From positions 7,489 to 71,488 of the forward strand of contig CAZKAF010000003.1 in the NCBI GenBank assembly GCA_964550955.1: a stretch of 64,000 nt of DNA. The letters run 5' to 3'. Positions 1-8,392 of the stretch are shown in pieces; position 1 is the stretch's first letter; each line of letters starts with the position of its first letter. The notes beneath the pieces are model-generated. The model had not been told where the DNA came from, ran no database searches, and was given only the letters and a program-made list of their open reading frames with translations. This DNA comes from an uncultured Candidatus Saccharibacteria bacterium (GTDB lineage: Bacteria > Patescibacteriota > Minisyncoccia > Phycocordibacterales > CAIZLB01). Both the position numbers and the translations under genes were made by a program.

Positions 1-51
1 TGGCGGCATATTTGCTAAATATCCAGTAATCTGGTACATTCTTGTCTACAT

Positions 52-315
52 ATGCCAATTATTCAATCAGCAAAAAAAGCTCTCCGAGGCTCTTCAAAGA
101 AGAAGGTTTTCAACCTCCGAAGGCAGAAGAACGTGGACGAAGCTATCAAGGATATCAAAAGGCTCGTTTCCGCGAAGAAAATCAAGGAAGCCGAGAAAGC
201 GCTCCCGACAGCTTACAAGGCGCTCGATAAGGCAGCCAGGGCTGGAACTATCAAGAAGGGGGAAGCTTCTCGAAGGAAGTCTCGAATGTCAGCACTGATC
301 GTTCGAAGCAAATAA
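52..315 (+). CDS. rpsT: 30S ribosomal protein S20
   Basis: 87 aa, lysine/alanine-rich; N-terminus MPIIQSAKKA and overall pattern match S20; followed by a terminator. Confidence 0.85.
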   Translation: MPIIQSAKKALRGSSKKKVFNLRRQKNVDEAIKDIKRLVSAKKIKEAEKALPTAYKALDKAARAGTIKKGEASRRKSRMSALIVRSK

Positions 316-332
316 TATCAGCAATAAGAAAA

Positions 333-360
333 AGCCTCCGGCAACGCGGAGGCTTTTTTG
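333..360 (+). terminator. rho-independent terminator after rpsT
   Basis: hairpin gcctccg-gcaacg-cggaggc followed by TTTTTT. Confidence 0.7.
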
Positions 361-369
361 TGCCAAGGC

Positions 370-927
370 TTATATTGAATTGGAATGACGCGATTCTTTC
401 ACGGCTTCCGCCCGCTTCGTGATCTCGTCTTTTGCCGCTTGCGGATTGGGCACGTCATGGAAGGCGAAGCGGTGCTCGGCCCCGGCGGTCTGCACCTCTA
501 TGTCGCCGTAACCCATCATCGTCGGAATCGCGCCCTCCATCCTTATCGATATGTCCTGAACGTTATGAAGGCTCAGCTCGGAAATTCTCCTGTCAAAGAA
601 TCCGCACTGGACGCTGTTTATGACGCGCATGTTCGTCACGATCCATGTTTCCAGCGTATACATCGTGAGTATGTAAAAGAGCGCGAACCAGAGCGCCATG
701 TAATAGCAGGAGCTCAGAAGGATGAAGACGGAAAGGAGATTGTTTTGGATGATGATTTGCCCGAAGACGATGAGCGCTCCGAGAGGAATCAGCGCTCCCA
801 CGAAAAGATATGCGACCTTGCTCGCGATGGTGAACCAGTGCCTGTGCAGAAAAAGATACACGACCTCGTCGTCCTTCTTGCCCTCGAACGTGTATGATGT
901 CTTGCTTATGAATGAAAATAAGTTCAT
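370..927 (-). CDS. membrane protein with bacterial PH domain (bPH_2/DUF304, YdbS-like)
   Basis: two N-terminal TM segments then motif RISELSLHNVQDISI...GYGDIEVQTAG typical of bPH_2. Confidence 0.55.
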   Translation of the reverse strand: MNLFSFISKTSYTFEGKKDDEVVYLFLHRHWFTIASKVAYLFVGALIPLGALIVFGQIIIQNNLLSVFILLSSCYYMALWFALFYILTMYTLETWIVTNMRVINSVQCGFFDRRISELSLHNVQDISIRMEGAIPTMMGYGDIEVQTAGAEHRFAFHDVPNPQAAKDEITKRAEAVKESRHSNSI

Positions 928-937
928 GGATTTTAGA

Positions 938-1222
938 TTAGACTGATAAGACCGCCTGGACGTAAAAGAGCGTCGTTATCAGGGAAAGAAAGATCGATCC
1001 CGCCAGGAAGGCGATGGCTATCTTTTTCGGCTGGCCGCTGACGCCGAAGCGGATAAGATGATAGAGAATAAAGAAGGCCGCGGTCCAGTAAATGAGCATC
1101 GCGAGCGTGAAGACGAAAGTTAAGAGGCTCGTAGTGCTCGCCAGCGAAGATGTTTCTGAAAGAAGTTCAAGCGTCGGATTGTTCATACGTTTAAAGTATA
1201 TCAAATGGTATACTTTAGTCAT
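938..1222 (-). CDS. small hydrophobic membrane protein, hypothetical
   Basis: 94 aa ORF with multiple TM-like stretches; no recognisable family. Confidence 0.3.
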   Translation of the reverse strand: MTKVYHLIYFKRMNNPTLELLSETSSLASTTSLLTFVFTLAMLIYWTAAFFILYHLIRFGVSGQPKKIAIAFLAGSIFLSLITTLFYVQAVLSV

Positions 1223-1229
1223 TCAGATT

Positions 1230-2330
1230 ATGTCTCAATCTGCGTTAGAAAAAATAATACAGACCGCCCTGCTCGTTCTGACCCCGCTTTGCGTCGGCAT
1301 ATTCGGCACCTATTTTGCAATGTATTTCATACGGCCGCCTGTCATTCAAAATGCATTCGCCCTGGAAATGGAGGATGAGACCGACATTCCGGACGTGCCC
1401 CTTGTAGGAAGGCTGGATTTGTCCGAAGCGTCATCTTCGGCCGAAGCTGAGATGCTGTCCTTGGAAAACATAGGCGAAGAGCATCTCGGAACGACAACTG
1501 AAATGCAGGGCGCGCCGTCATCGGCGCCAGCTGCCTCCTTGTCAGCCTCCGCCACATCTACGGCGGCATCCGCTTCGACGCCTGCGCCAAAGGCCGCGAC
1601 CTCCACGACGGCAGCCTCGCCTGCGGTTTCTGCTGCCATTGGTCCCGTGCTTCCGGCTTCAGCCCCTTCGTCCGCGCAGTCTTCACAGCCATCTTCTTCG
1701 ACTCCTCAGGTTCAGCCCGCTTCGACCGGCTTCAAGCTCAATGTCCCGTATTTTGCGCAGCAGTATGTGAACAGCTGCGAAGCCGCCGCGCTCCGCATGG
1801 CGCTGGCCTTCAAGGGCGTCTTGAAAAATTCTGACATAGAGATAATAAGCGCGATGGGATATAACCCGAGGCCGAAGGATACCGTGAACAACATCTGGGA
1901 TGATCCGCAAGAAATGTACGTCGGCGAAGTCGATGTCGTTGATATCTCGAAAGGGTATGGCGTTTATGGAAAGCCGGTCGCAAAAGCCGCTCAGGCCTTT
2001 GGAAGGCAGGCGGAATATACGAACTCCATGACCGCATCAAGAATGGCGCGGGAAATCAGCAACGGAAACCCTGTCATCTTATGGGGATACACGAGCCTGA
2101 CGGGCGAGCCTTATACGTGGACTACGCCGGCCGGGAAGACGGTCAAGGCTTTCAGGGGCGAGCATGCCCGCGTGGTGGTTGGGTTTGAGGGAACAATCGA
2201 GAACCCGACGGGCTTCTACGTTCATGACTCGACGACGGGCAAGCAGAACCAGTATTGGAGCTCCAATGTCCTGATGGCCCAGTTCCATGCGATTCCCGAA
2301 GTTACGAATCAGGCGGTCATAGTCAGATAG
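1230..2330 (+). CDS. membrane-anchored peptidase C39-like domain protein with Ser/Ala/Thr/Pro-rich linker
   Basis: start moved to the ATG at 1230 (MSQSALEK) to avoid overlap with the upstream minus-strand gene; N-terminal TM; low-complexity S/A/T/P linker (nt ~1540-1720); C-terminal VPYFAQQYVNSCEAAALRMAL...FYVHDS resembles the Peptidase_C39_2 Q/C...H/D arrangement. Confidence 0.5.
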   Translation: MSQSALEKIIQTALLVLTPLCVGIFGTYFAMYFIRPPVIQNAFALEMEDETDIPDVPLVGRLDLSEASSSAEAEMLSLENIGEEHLGTTTEMQGAPSSAPAASLSASATSTAASASTPAPKAATSTTAASPAVSAAIGPVLPASAPSSAQSSQPSSSTPQVQPASTGFKLNVPYFAQQYVNSCEAAALRMALAFKGVLKNSDIEIISAMGYNPRPKDTVNNIWDDPQEMYVGEVDVVDISKGYGVYGKPVAKAAQAFGRQAEYTNSMTASRMAREISNGNPVILWGYTSLTGEPYTWTTPAGKTVKAFRGEHARVVVGFEGTIENPTGFYVHDSTTGKQNQYWSSNVLMAQFHAIPEVTNQAVIVR

Positions 2331-2434
2331 CCGCTTTCTGCAGGAATCCCCGACTGCGCCGGCGGGCGCTCTCCTCATCCTGCCAAACTGAAAAATAAAA
2401 AGACCCGCGCAAAGGGCGAGTCATTTTATTTATG

Positions 2435-2506
2435 TGCTCTCGACAGGAATCGAACCTGTATTTTAGCTTCCGCAAAGCTATGTCCTATCCATTGAACGAC
2501 GAAAGC
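2435..2506 (-). tRNA. tRNA-Arg (anticodon GCG)
   Basis: manual cloverleaf: acceptor gctttcg/cgagagc, D-arm gttc-aatggata-ggac, anticodon stem tagct/agcta with loop ttGCGga, T-arm acagg-ttcgatt-cctgt; 72 nt, no encoded CCA. Confidence 0.7.
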
Positions 2507-2625
2507 GTATGAGGCGTCGACTGCTGCCCGCGCAGCCTGCCGACACGTATTCGCGGGCCGCACGCATGCTTACTTAAGCCCACGTTTGCGCCGCCTGCGA
2601 ATAACCTGAAAATATCACAATTCAT

Positions 2626-3099
2626 CTAAAAGCCAAAGTATTCGAGAATCTTCTGTCCAAGCGGTTCCGGGTGGTGGTCTTCGAGCAGGTTGTCGAGCAG
2701 GAAATCTCGCACGTCGTCCGGGTCTATGCCGTCGAGGGGAATGGCGATGAGGGGAACGATGGCCTTCCTCGATTTTACGATAAGCTTTGAGGGGGTGCCT
2801 ATGTGACGATTGTCCTCAACCCAGAAAGAGTCGAGCGTCGCGTACGGATACAGCGTCCGCTCGATCATGATGCCTTTCTTGCTGACTTCGAACCGGACGA
2901 CGTGAGGCCGCTTCGAGGCGAAGAGGGCCAGGGCGAACGTGCTGATGAGAATGAGGAGCGCAAAGAGCGTGTCGCCGAAAATCATCGCGAGAATCGCGAT
3001 CGAAATGCCGATGATGCCGACCACCCAGTACCAGTCAGATGTCTTCTCTTGGAAATAGTATTCCTCCGTTTCCCAAATGAAAGGATCTTTTTTTGCCAT
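2626..3099 (-). CDS. hypothetical membrane protein
   Basis: 157 aa, two central TM helices; no family recognised. Confidence 0.4.
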   Translation of the reverse strand: MAKKDPFIWETEEYYFQEKTSDWYWVVGIIGISIAILAMIFGDTLFALLILISTFALALFASKRPHVVRFEVSKKGIMIERTLYPYATLDSFWVEDNRHIGTPSKLIVKSRKAIVPLIAIPLDGIDPDDVRDFLLDNLLEDHHPEPLGQKILEYFGF

Positions 3100-3162
3100 G
3101 CAGATATTCTACCATATAAATAAATTTGTTAAGCGGGAACCGCCTGGCGGAACTGGGATTAG

Positions 3163-3750
3163 CTAGTCCTTAAAAACTTCCTGCTTGCTGGGATTGAAAA
3201 ACACGAAATACATTGCTGCCACGGACGACAAGGCTATGATGACAGCGCCTGTCCAAAAAGCTATGCCTGCGATATGCGGGGTGTATTGAAGCAGGTCCAG
3301 CCGCGTCAAGATATAATTCCAGTCATGAATGGCCGCGTCGCCCCCGAGCAAGGGAAGCTCTTTCGCGGCGGCATCCCTGATGTAAAGCGACGCGTTCACG
3401 ATGCTCTGTCCCGTCCAAAGGGATATGATCGATCCTGAATAGTAGTCTCCTCTGGCAATAAAATAGAGCGCCACGAAGACCGGTATGCCTATCTGAAAAA
3501 TAGTTCCGCCGAGCACCGACATGAAGTCTCCGAAGATGAAAAATATTGAGTGCCCGGCTTCATGGAACATCAGATTTGCGGCATCCAGGACAAAGCCCGT
3601 TTCGGGATTGACGGCATATGAGAAGAAATAGGCCGCAAGAAATAAGGTTGCGAGTCCTTGTATGGCGGCAAACAAAAATTCAAGAGGCTTTTTCATTGTC
3701 TTTAGTATATTGCCTAAGCCGAGTTTATTCAAACTGCCCTGGTCGGGCAT
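3163..3750 (-). CDS. polytopic membrane protein with HExxH (HEAGH) motif, putative membrane metalloprotease-like
   Basis: 195 aa (start could be the internal MKKPLEF); several TM segments; HEAGH lies inside a hydrophobic segment. Confidence 0.35.
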   Translation of the reverse strand: MPDQGSLNKLGLGNILKTMKKPLEFLFAAIQGLATLFLAAYFFSYAVNPETGFVLDAANLMFHEAGHSIFFIFGDFMSVLGGTIFQIGIPVFVALYFIARGDYYSGSIISLWTGQSIVNASLYIRDAAAKELPLLGGDAAIHDWNYILTRLDLLQYTPHIAGIAFWTGAVIIALSSVAAMYFVFFNPSKQEVFKD

Positions 3751-3764
3751 CTAATATGTATGAT

Positions 3765-3804
3765 GGAAAATAAAAAGCACCGGCAGGTTCGAACCTGCCG
3801 GTGC
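3765..3804 (-). terminator. rho-independent terminator (minus strand) after the 3856-4812 gene
   Basis: perfect hairpin gcaccggcagg-ttcgaa-cctgccggtgc, followed on the minus strand by a T-run; a second hairpin ccgagcaatcc...ggattgctcgg lies just upstream. Confidence 0.65.
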
Positions 3805-3855
3805 TGAATTTCCGAGCAATCCGAGCAATCCTCGGATTGCTCGGGCCGCTCGTCG

Positions 3856-4812
3856 TCACTTCGCCTTGACCCAGCTGTCCTTGTCGCATAGCGCGACGAA
3901 GGCAGGGAACGGTGATGTTCCTTTGGTTCGGATTATCACCATGAACTTCTCCTTGATCGCATATGCGGGAGGAGCCATTCCTCTGGTACGAAACACGACG
4001 GCCGAGCTTGCCTCGATGCCTGCTTCGCTCAGGTTAAGCTTGACGAACTTGAGCGCCTCGTCCACGGAGAAGGCGGGCGACGCCATTCCTTCGAGAAACG
4101 AGATGTCAATCTCTTTCTCGAAGGCGACCTTTGGAATTATCACCGCCGAAAACTTGCCGCTGATTTCGCTTGGCTTGAGGTCGGTGAGAACCTCGTTTCC
4201 AAGCGAGAGCAGTTCCTTGTCTTCGGAAATTTCTCCCTGATACTCGGTGATGAAGATTTCCCAGTCTTGCGACAGGGGCTTCATCTCAAAGACGGGCTTG
4301 TCATGCTTGGGTGACGAATGAACGCCTCCCAATTTATCAAAGCTCATTTTTGCCGCGGCGAACATGTCGTCCCCGACTTTTGTCTCGCTGGCCGCGCCTG
4401 GGACCTCCCAAGCGAGCTTGAGGTCAAAGACTGCCGCGACCGAACGGTCTCCGCTCGGCCGGACCCAGAAGCCTTTCGTTTTCAGCCACTCGTTGATGGC
4501 CGCTCCGCTTCCGGCTTTTCCTTCAAGCGCCCCCGAGTCTTTCATCGCCTTGATCCATTGAGGAGTTTCCTCGGAAGAATAGGCTTTGAAGAACTCGGCT
4601 TGCGCGGCATTCATCTGAACCCCGTCAAGGGCAGGGAATGCCTGGCTTGTAGCCTCAAGTACTGCCGGGAGGCAGTACGCTCTTGTATTCTGCGCCTGGA
4701 CATTGCCAAGGCAGAAGATATTAATGATCATGGTTACGGCTGCAAGAGATGCAGCCCTGACTTTGATGTTTTGGTATGCCCTCATGGGACCAGATATACG
4801 AAACATGTTCAT
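3856..4812 (-). CDS. secreted protein, serpin-like (possible serine protease inhibitor)
   Basis: signal-peptide-like N-terminus; C-terminal segment SEAGIEASSAVV...FMVIIRTKGTSPFPAFVAL resembles the serpin hinge/RCL and C-terminal strand; protein is shorter than typical serpins. Confidence 0.35.
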   Translation of the reverse strand: MNMFRISGPMRAYQNIKVRAASLAAVTMIINIFCLGNVQAQNTRAYCLPAVLEATSQAFPALDGVQMNAAQAEFFKAYSSEETPQWIKAMKDSGALEGKAGSGAAINEWLKTKGFWVRPSGDRSVAAVFDLKLAWEVPGAASETKVGDDMFAAAKMSFDKLGGVHSSPKHDKPVFEMKPLSQDWEIFITEYQGEISEDKELLSLGNEVLTDLKPSEISGKFSAVIIPKVAFEKEIDISFLEGMASPAFSVDEALKFVKLNLSEAGIEASSAVVFRTRGMAPPAYAIKEKFMVIIRTKGTSPFPAFVALCDKDSWVKAK

Positions 4813-4946
4813 ATGGCTAGTGCCATGAGGGATGAAACTCTATTATATATAATATCATATATTTACATATATGTCAATGTAGAATGGGGGTCTTAGGCGC
4901 TTTGCCGTGGCGTACCGAGCGGCGGAACATGACTCGCATCAGGCTC

Positions 4947-5648
4947 TCAGGAAGCGGCCTTTCTTAAGGACAGATACATTCTGATTTTGGCTATTCCTAC
5001 CGCAAAGCTGATTGCCGCGACTATGGCTATTGATGCGTACCCCTCCCGGTTTGAAACGTCATTGATGTTTATAAAAAGAGGAATGATGAACGCGACGGCT
5101 CCCACGAACAGGGTCGCGCAGAATCTTACCCAAAGAGACGAGATGAAAACTTTGAACGGATTGCCTCCCTCGACGATCTGGGCGACTTCGTAACTGGCCC
5201 TGAAGGCGGGGAACCATGTCGTCCATATTCGATGGCTTACACGGTAATCCTCATTTTCTTCCAGCCTGATTATCTTTTTTCTGTATATTTTTGCCAAATA
5301 TATGTTGATGATTCCCGAGATGCTCCAGCCGATGAAGATAAGGAATATCGTGATGAGGGAAACAAGCATTCCTTTCGTTTGAGATATGATTGCCAACAGC
5401 AAGACCAGGCTTGCGCCGGGGAAAAAGCTGCCGATAAAGTACAGCCCCTCGATGAGTATTGAAAAGAAAGCTGCCAGATAAATATACTGGTCATCTATAG
5501 TGCCTAAGAAACTGATTAGGACTTCGAGGCCTGGAATGTTTGCGTTTTGAGATATTAAAATGCCATAAATCGACAAAGCCAGGCCTGACAGCATCCAGAT
5601 GATGCCGGAATATAAGACGCCTTTTGCTTTGTTGTGTTCGACGCTCAT
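4947..5648 (-). CDS. DedA/VTT-family membrane protein
   Basis: 233 aa polytopic; LAAFFSILIEGLYFIGSFFPGASLV motif typical of DedA (SNARE-associated) proteins. Confidence 0.45.
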   Translation of the reverse strand: MSVEHNKAKGVLYSGIIWMLSGLALSIYGILISQNANIPGLEVLISFLGTIDDQYIYLAAFFSILIEGLYFIGSFFPGASLVLLLAIISQTKGMLVSLITIFLIFIGWSISGIINIYLAKIYRKKIIRLEENEDYRVSHRIWTTWFPAFRASYEVAQIVEGGNPFKVFISSLWVRFCATLFVGAVAFIIPLFININDVSNREGYASIAIVAAISFAVGIAKIRMYLSLRKAAS

Positions 5649-5778
5649 GGTTTCTTGGCAGGGATATTATACCGCAGAAAGGCGCGGCTGCTTGAGGGAT
5701 TTCGAGAGAGGGTAAGGCGGGTGCGGTCTAAATTTGTCTCAGTTCAGTCTTAATTTAGACGAAAGACTTCTATATGTT

Positions 5779-5890
5779 ACCGGGATTTCGCTTTTTCTGA
5801 AATAAATGCAATTTCCCGGTTAAATCTGCCAAAATAACCTTTAAACACACCGGGAATTATGGTAAATTGCAAAAAATACCAAATCCCGGT
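5779..5890. promoter_or_regulatory. two tandem 42-bp units, each ACCGGGA-N28-TCCCGGT; candidate operator sites upstream of the HATPase/STAS operon
   Basis: accggg at 5779-5784 pairs with cccggt at 5815-5820; a second unit has accggg at 5849-5854 and cccggt at 5885-5890; ends 15 bp before the 5905 ATG. Confidence 0.35.
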
Positions 5891-5904
5891 AGTATCTAAG
5901 GCAC

Positions 5905-6864
5905 ATGCGGATACATATACCCAACAGCGCCTTCCTGGGCAATATAGATTCTTTTCTAAGAGGATTCGATCCTGCTAATCCTAATATCTTGGAATTGACT
6001 GCAAATAAAAGCTGGATTCATGTTCACCCGGTCGTATTGACCATGCTTGCCTCACTCGGTCTTAATGTTTCAAGGGTAGTGTGTGAGAAAATAGAGGCTC
6101 GCTCAGGACATTATTTGGAAAGAATGGGTCTGTTTAATGCTCTTGGGGTTGATTCGGGTATCATTGTTACGGAACACGAGCCGTCGGGACGGTTCATTCC
6201 GCTGACCTTTATCAAGAATCCGAACGAGTTGGCGGGTTTTATAAAGGAAATGATACCTTTATTGCATCTTGAGCCGAGACAGGCTCAACCTATACAGTAC
6301 ATAGTTAGCGAACTTGTAAGGAATGTTTTGGAACATTCTCAAGCAGAGCATGGCGCGGTTGTTGCTGCCCAATACTTTGCAAAAAGCAATACTATACGGA
6401 TAGGCATCACCGATGTCGGCGTGGGAATTCGACGAACAATCAGCCGCTCGCACAAGGCCGATTCAGATACGGAAGCGCTAAGGCTTGCTTTGACGCCAGG
6501 TGTTACGGGCACTACGCCAAAAGAAGGGGGCACTGAATTCAATGCAGGCGCTGGTCTCTTCTTCATCAAGTCTGTTGCGAATGTGAACAGGGGCTTCTTC
6601 ATGATATACAGCGGATCATCCATGTATAAATTGCTGAAAAGAGATTCGAAGTCCAAGCATTTCGCTCTGGAAGCTGACCCGTTCGAAGACAGGCACTCAA
6701 AGTCTTCCGATCTTCCATACTGGCAAGGTACGGCCGTGGGGATAGACATTCCATTGGATACGACGGAAGACTTTTCAAAATTACTCGATTTAATAAGGGA
6801 AACCTACTCTCATGCAGTCAAGGCGAGAAAGAAAGAGAGGTATAAAGGGCCTCAATTCATATGA
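5905..6864 (+). CDS. GHKL-superfamily ATP-binding protein (HATPase_c), anti-sigma/RsbW-like kinase candidate
   Basis: N-box-like ELVRNVLEHS and G1-box-like GITDVGVGIRRTI; 319 aa; stop overlaps the next gene's start (ATGA). Confidence 0.5.
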   Translation: MRIHIPNSAFLGNIDSFLRGFDPANPNILELTANKSWIHVHPVVLTMLASLGLNVSRVVCEKIEARSGHYLERMGLFNALGVDSGIIVTEHEPSGRFIPLTFIKNPNELAGFIKEMIPLLHLEPRQAQPIQYIVSELVRNVLEHSQAEHGAVVAAQYFAKSNTIRIGITDVGVGIRRTISRSHKADSDTEALRLALTPGVTGTTPKEGGTEFNAGAGLFFIKSVANVNRGFFMIYSGSSMYKLLKRDSKSKHFALEADPFEDRHSKSSDLPYWQGTAVGIDIPLDTTEDFSKLLDLIRETYSHAVKARKKERYKGPQFI

Positions 6865-7151
6865 TTACAATTAATTTATTCGAAGAAGTCGGCAGCTTTG
6901 CGGAGGATAAGGATAAGGCGAGAGAAATCCGTCTCGGCATCCTAATGCCTTCAATCAAGGATGGGAAGGAAATAGTTCTTGATTTCAACAAAGTTGATTC
7001 GGCGACGCAATCTTTCGTCCACGCACTCATTAGTGATGTAATCAGGGTGCACGGCATCGATGTCTTGGAAAAGCTCTTTTTCAAGAACTGTACGGATACC
7101 GTTAAGAAGATTATAAATATCGTTGTTGAGTACATGGTCGAGAGTCAGTAA
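6861..7151 (+). CDS. small STAS-like protein (DUF4325-type), anti-anti-sigma-like partner
   Basis: 96 aa; EIVLDFNKVDSATQSFVHALI... matches the STAS-like DUF4325 pattern usually found next to HATPase ATP-binding proteins; translationally coupled. Confidence 0.45.
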   Translation: MITINLFEEVGSFAEDKDKAREIRLGILMPSIKDGKEIVLDFNKVDSATQSFVHALISDVIRVHGIDVLEKLFFKNCTDTVKKIINIVVEYMVESQ

Positions 7152-7227
7152 GGGATTTGGAAAGGTGAAAAAAAGGAGATGAGATGCTTGCAATCTCACA
7201 AGTCTTTCCGCGGGCATAAAAACAAAA

Positions 7228-7257
7228 ACCGCCCTTGCGGGCAGTCCTTGTTTTTAT
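7228..7257 (-). terminator. terminator hairpin flanking tRNA-Ser
   Basis: ccgcccttgcgggcag hairpin with an A-run on plus / T-run on minus. Confidence 0.5.
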
Positions 7258-7260
7258 GTG

Positions 7261-7347
7261 CGGAGGAGGTGAGATTCGAACTCACGGGCCCCGTAAAGGG
7301 CCTTCTGTTTTCAAGACAGACGCATTCGACCACTCTGCCACTCCTCC
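7261..7347 (-). tRNA. tRNA-Ser (anticodon TGA)
   Basis: reverse complement folds: acceptor ggaggag, anticodon stem tctgt/acaga with loop ctTGAaa, long variable arm aggccctttacggggccc, T-arm gtgag-ttcgaat-ctcac. Confidence 0.75.
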
Positions 7348-7427
7348 GAGTAAGACTATATATCAAAGCTGGCATTTTTTCAACTTTTTGACATACTGAG
7401 GACGAGAGCGCCAAAAAGCTTCTATTT

Positions 7428-7841
7428 ATGAGATATCTTGGAATCGACTACGGATCAAAAAGGATAGGCTTGGCATTGTCCGACGAGTCGGCTTTCTTTG
7501 CGTTTCCGAAAGGGGTCATCGAAAGCTCCAGGAATGCGGCCAATGAAATAAAGGCCATATGCCGGAAAGAGGGCATCTCGGAGGCGGTGGTCGGGGAGTC
7601 CAGAAACTTCAAGGGGCAGGAGAATTTGATAATGACCGATACGAAGAGGTTCGTGTCCGAGCTCGAAGCTCTCGGCCTTACGGTCATATACGAGCCGGAA
7701 ATATTCTCGACCGTGCAGGCCCAGCAGATACAGGGCGACAGCAAGGACCTGGACGCGTCAGCTGCTGCCGTAATCCTTCAAAGCTATCTTGACCGACTCA
7801 GGTTCAGGTCAGCCGGGGAGGCCGCGGCGGATGCAGAATAA
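7428..7841 (+). CDS. ruvX: Holliday-junction resolvase-like putative pre-16S rRNA nuclease YqgF/RuvX
   Basis: MRYLGIDYGSKRIGLALSD N-terminus is the RuvX signature; 137 aa. Confidence 0.8.
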   Translation: MRYLGIDYGSKRIGLALSDESAFFAFPKGVIESSRNAANEIKAICRKEGISEAVVGESRNFKGQENLIMTDTKRFVSELEALGLTVIYEPEIFSTVQAQQIQGDSKDLDASAAAVILQSYLDRLRFRSAGEAAADAE

Positions 7842-7856
7842 TTTAAAGACTAAATA

Positions 7857-8258
7857 ATGAATATGAACGAAAACAATATGAATGCCAGTGAAACTAAAAA
7901 TGAAGAAAATATCGCCCCTGCTTCCGCGCCCGCATACGCGTCCATAGACGACTTCTGCAAGATAGAGATGAAGATAGGGAAAGTGCTTGAGGCCGTTCCT
8001 GTCGAAGGGTCCGAAAAGCTTCTCAGGCTGAGCGTTGATTTCGGCGAGGAAAAGCCGAGACAGGTCCTCTCCGGCATTGCAAAGTTCGTCGCGTTGGAAG
8101 AGTTGATAGGAAATTCATTTCCCTTCGTGACGAACCTGAAGCCGAGGCCGATGATGGGCATGGAAAGCCAGGCAATGATACTTGCGGTCAATGACGATCA
8201 GAATTTTGCGTTGCTCAAGCCTACGGCTGAAATAAAAATCGGAACTCAGCTGAAATAG
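7857..8258 (+). CDS. tRNA-binding OB-fold protein (CsaA/Trbp111/MetRS-C-like)
   Basis: KIGKVLEAVPVEGSEKLLRLSVDFGEE...RQVLSGIAKF...LKPRPMMGMESQAMIL matches the tRNA-binding domain pattern. Confidence 0.6.
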   Translation: MNMNENNMNASETKNEENIAPASAPAYASIDDFCKIEMKIGKVLEAVPVEGSEKLLRLSVDFGEEKPRQVLSGIAKFVALEELIGNSFPFVTNLKPRPMMGMESQAMILAVNDDQNFALLKPTAEIKIGTQLK

Positions 8259-8392
8259 GCTTGCGCGAATCAGCCGCGCGCGTGATATTTCCAAGAATGC
8301 ATTCCGTTTGCCCGGTCCGGGCATCGGCTGACCGAAGTATTCAACAGTCGGCTCATATTTAATATGAGCATTTTGTCGTATAATGAAGCGAC

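Noticed and set aside
385-897. 170-aa plus-strand ORF
   Set aside because: Antisense to the bPH_2 membrane protein gene, which has clear family motifs.
1540-1720. Repetitive Ser/Ala/Thr/Pro-rich nucleotide tract that superficially looks like a repeat array
   Set aside because: It is in frame within the 1230-2330 CDS and encodes a low-complexity linker. It is not a CRISPR or tandem DNA repeat.
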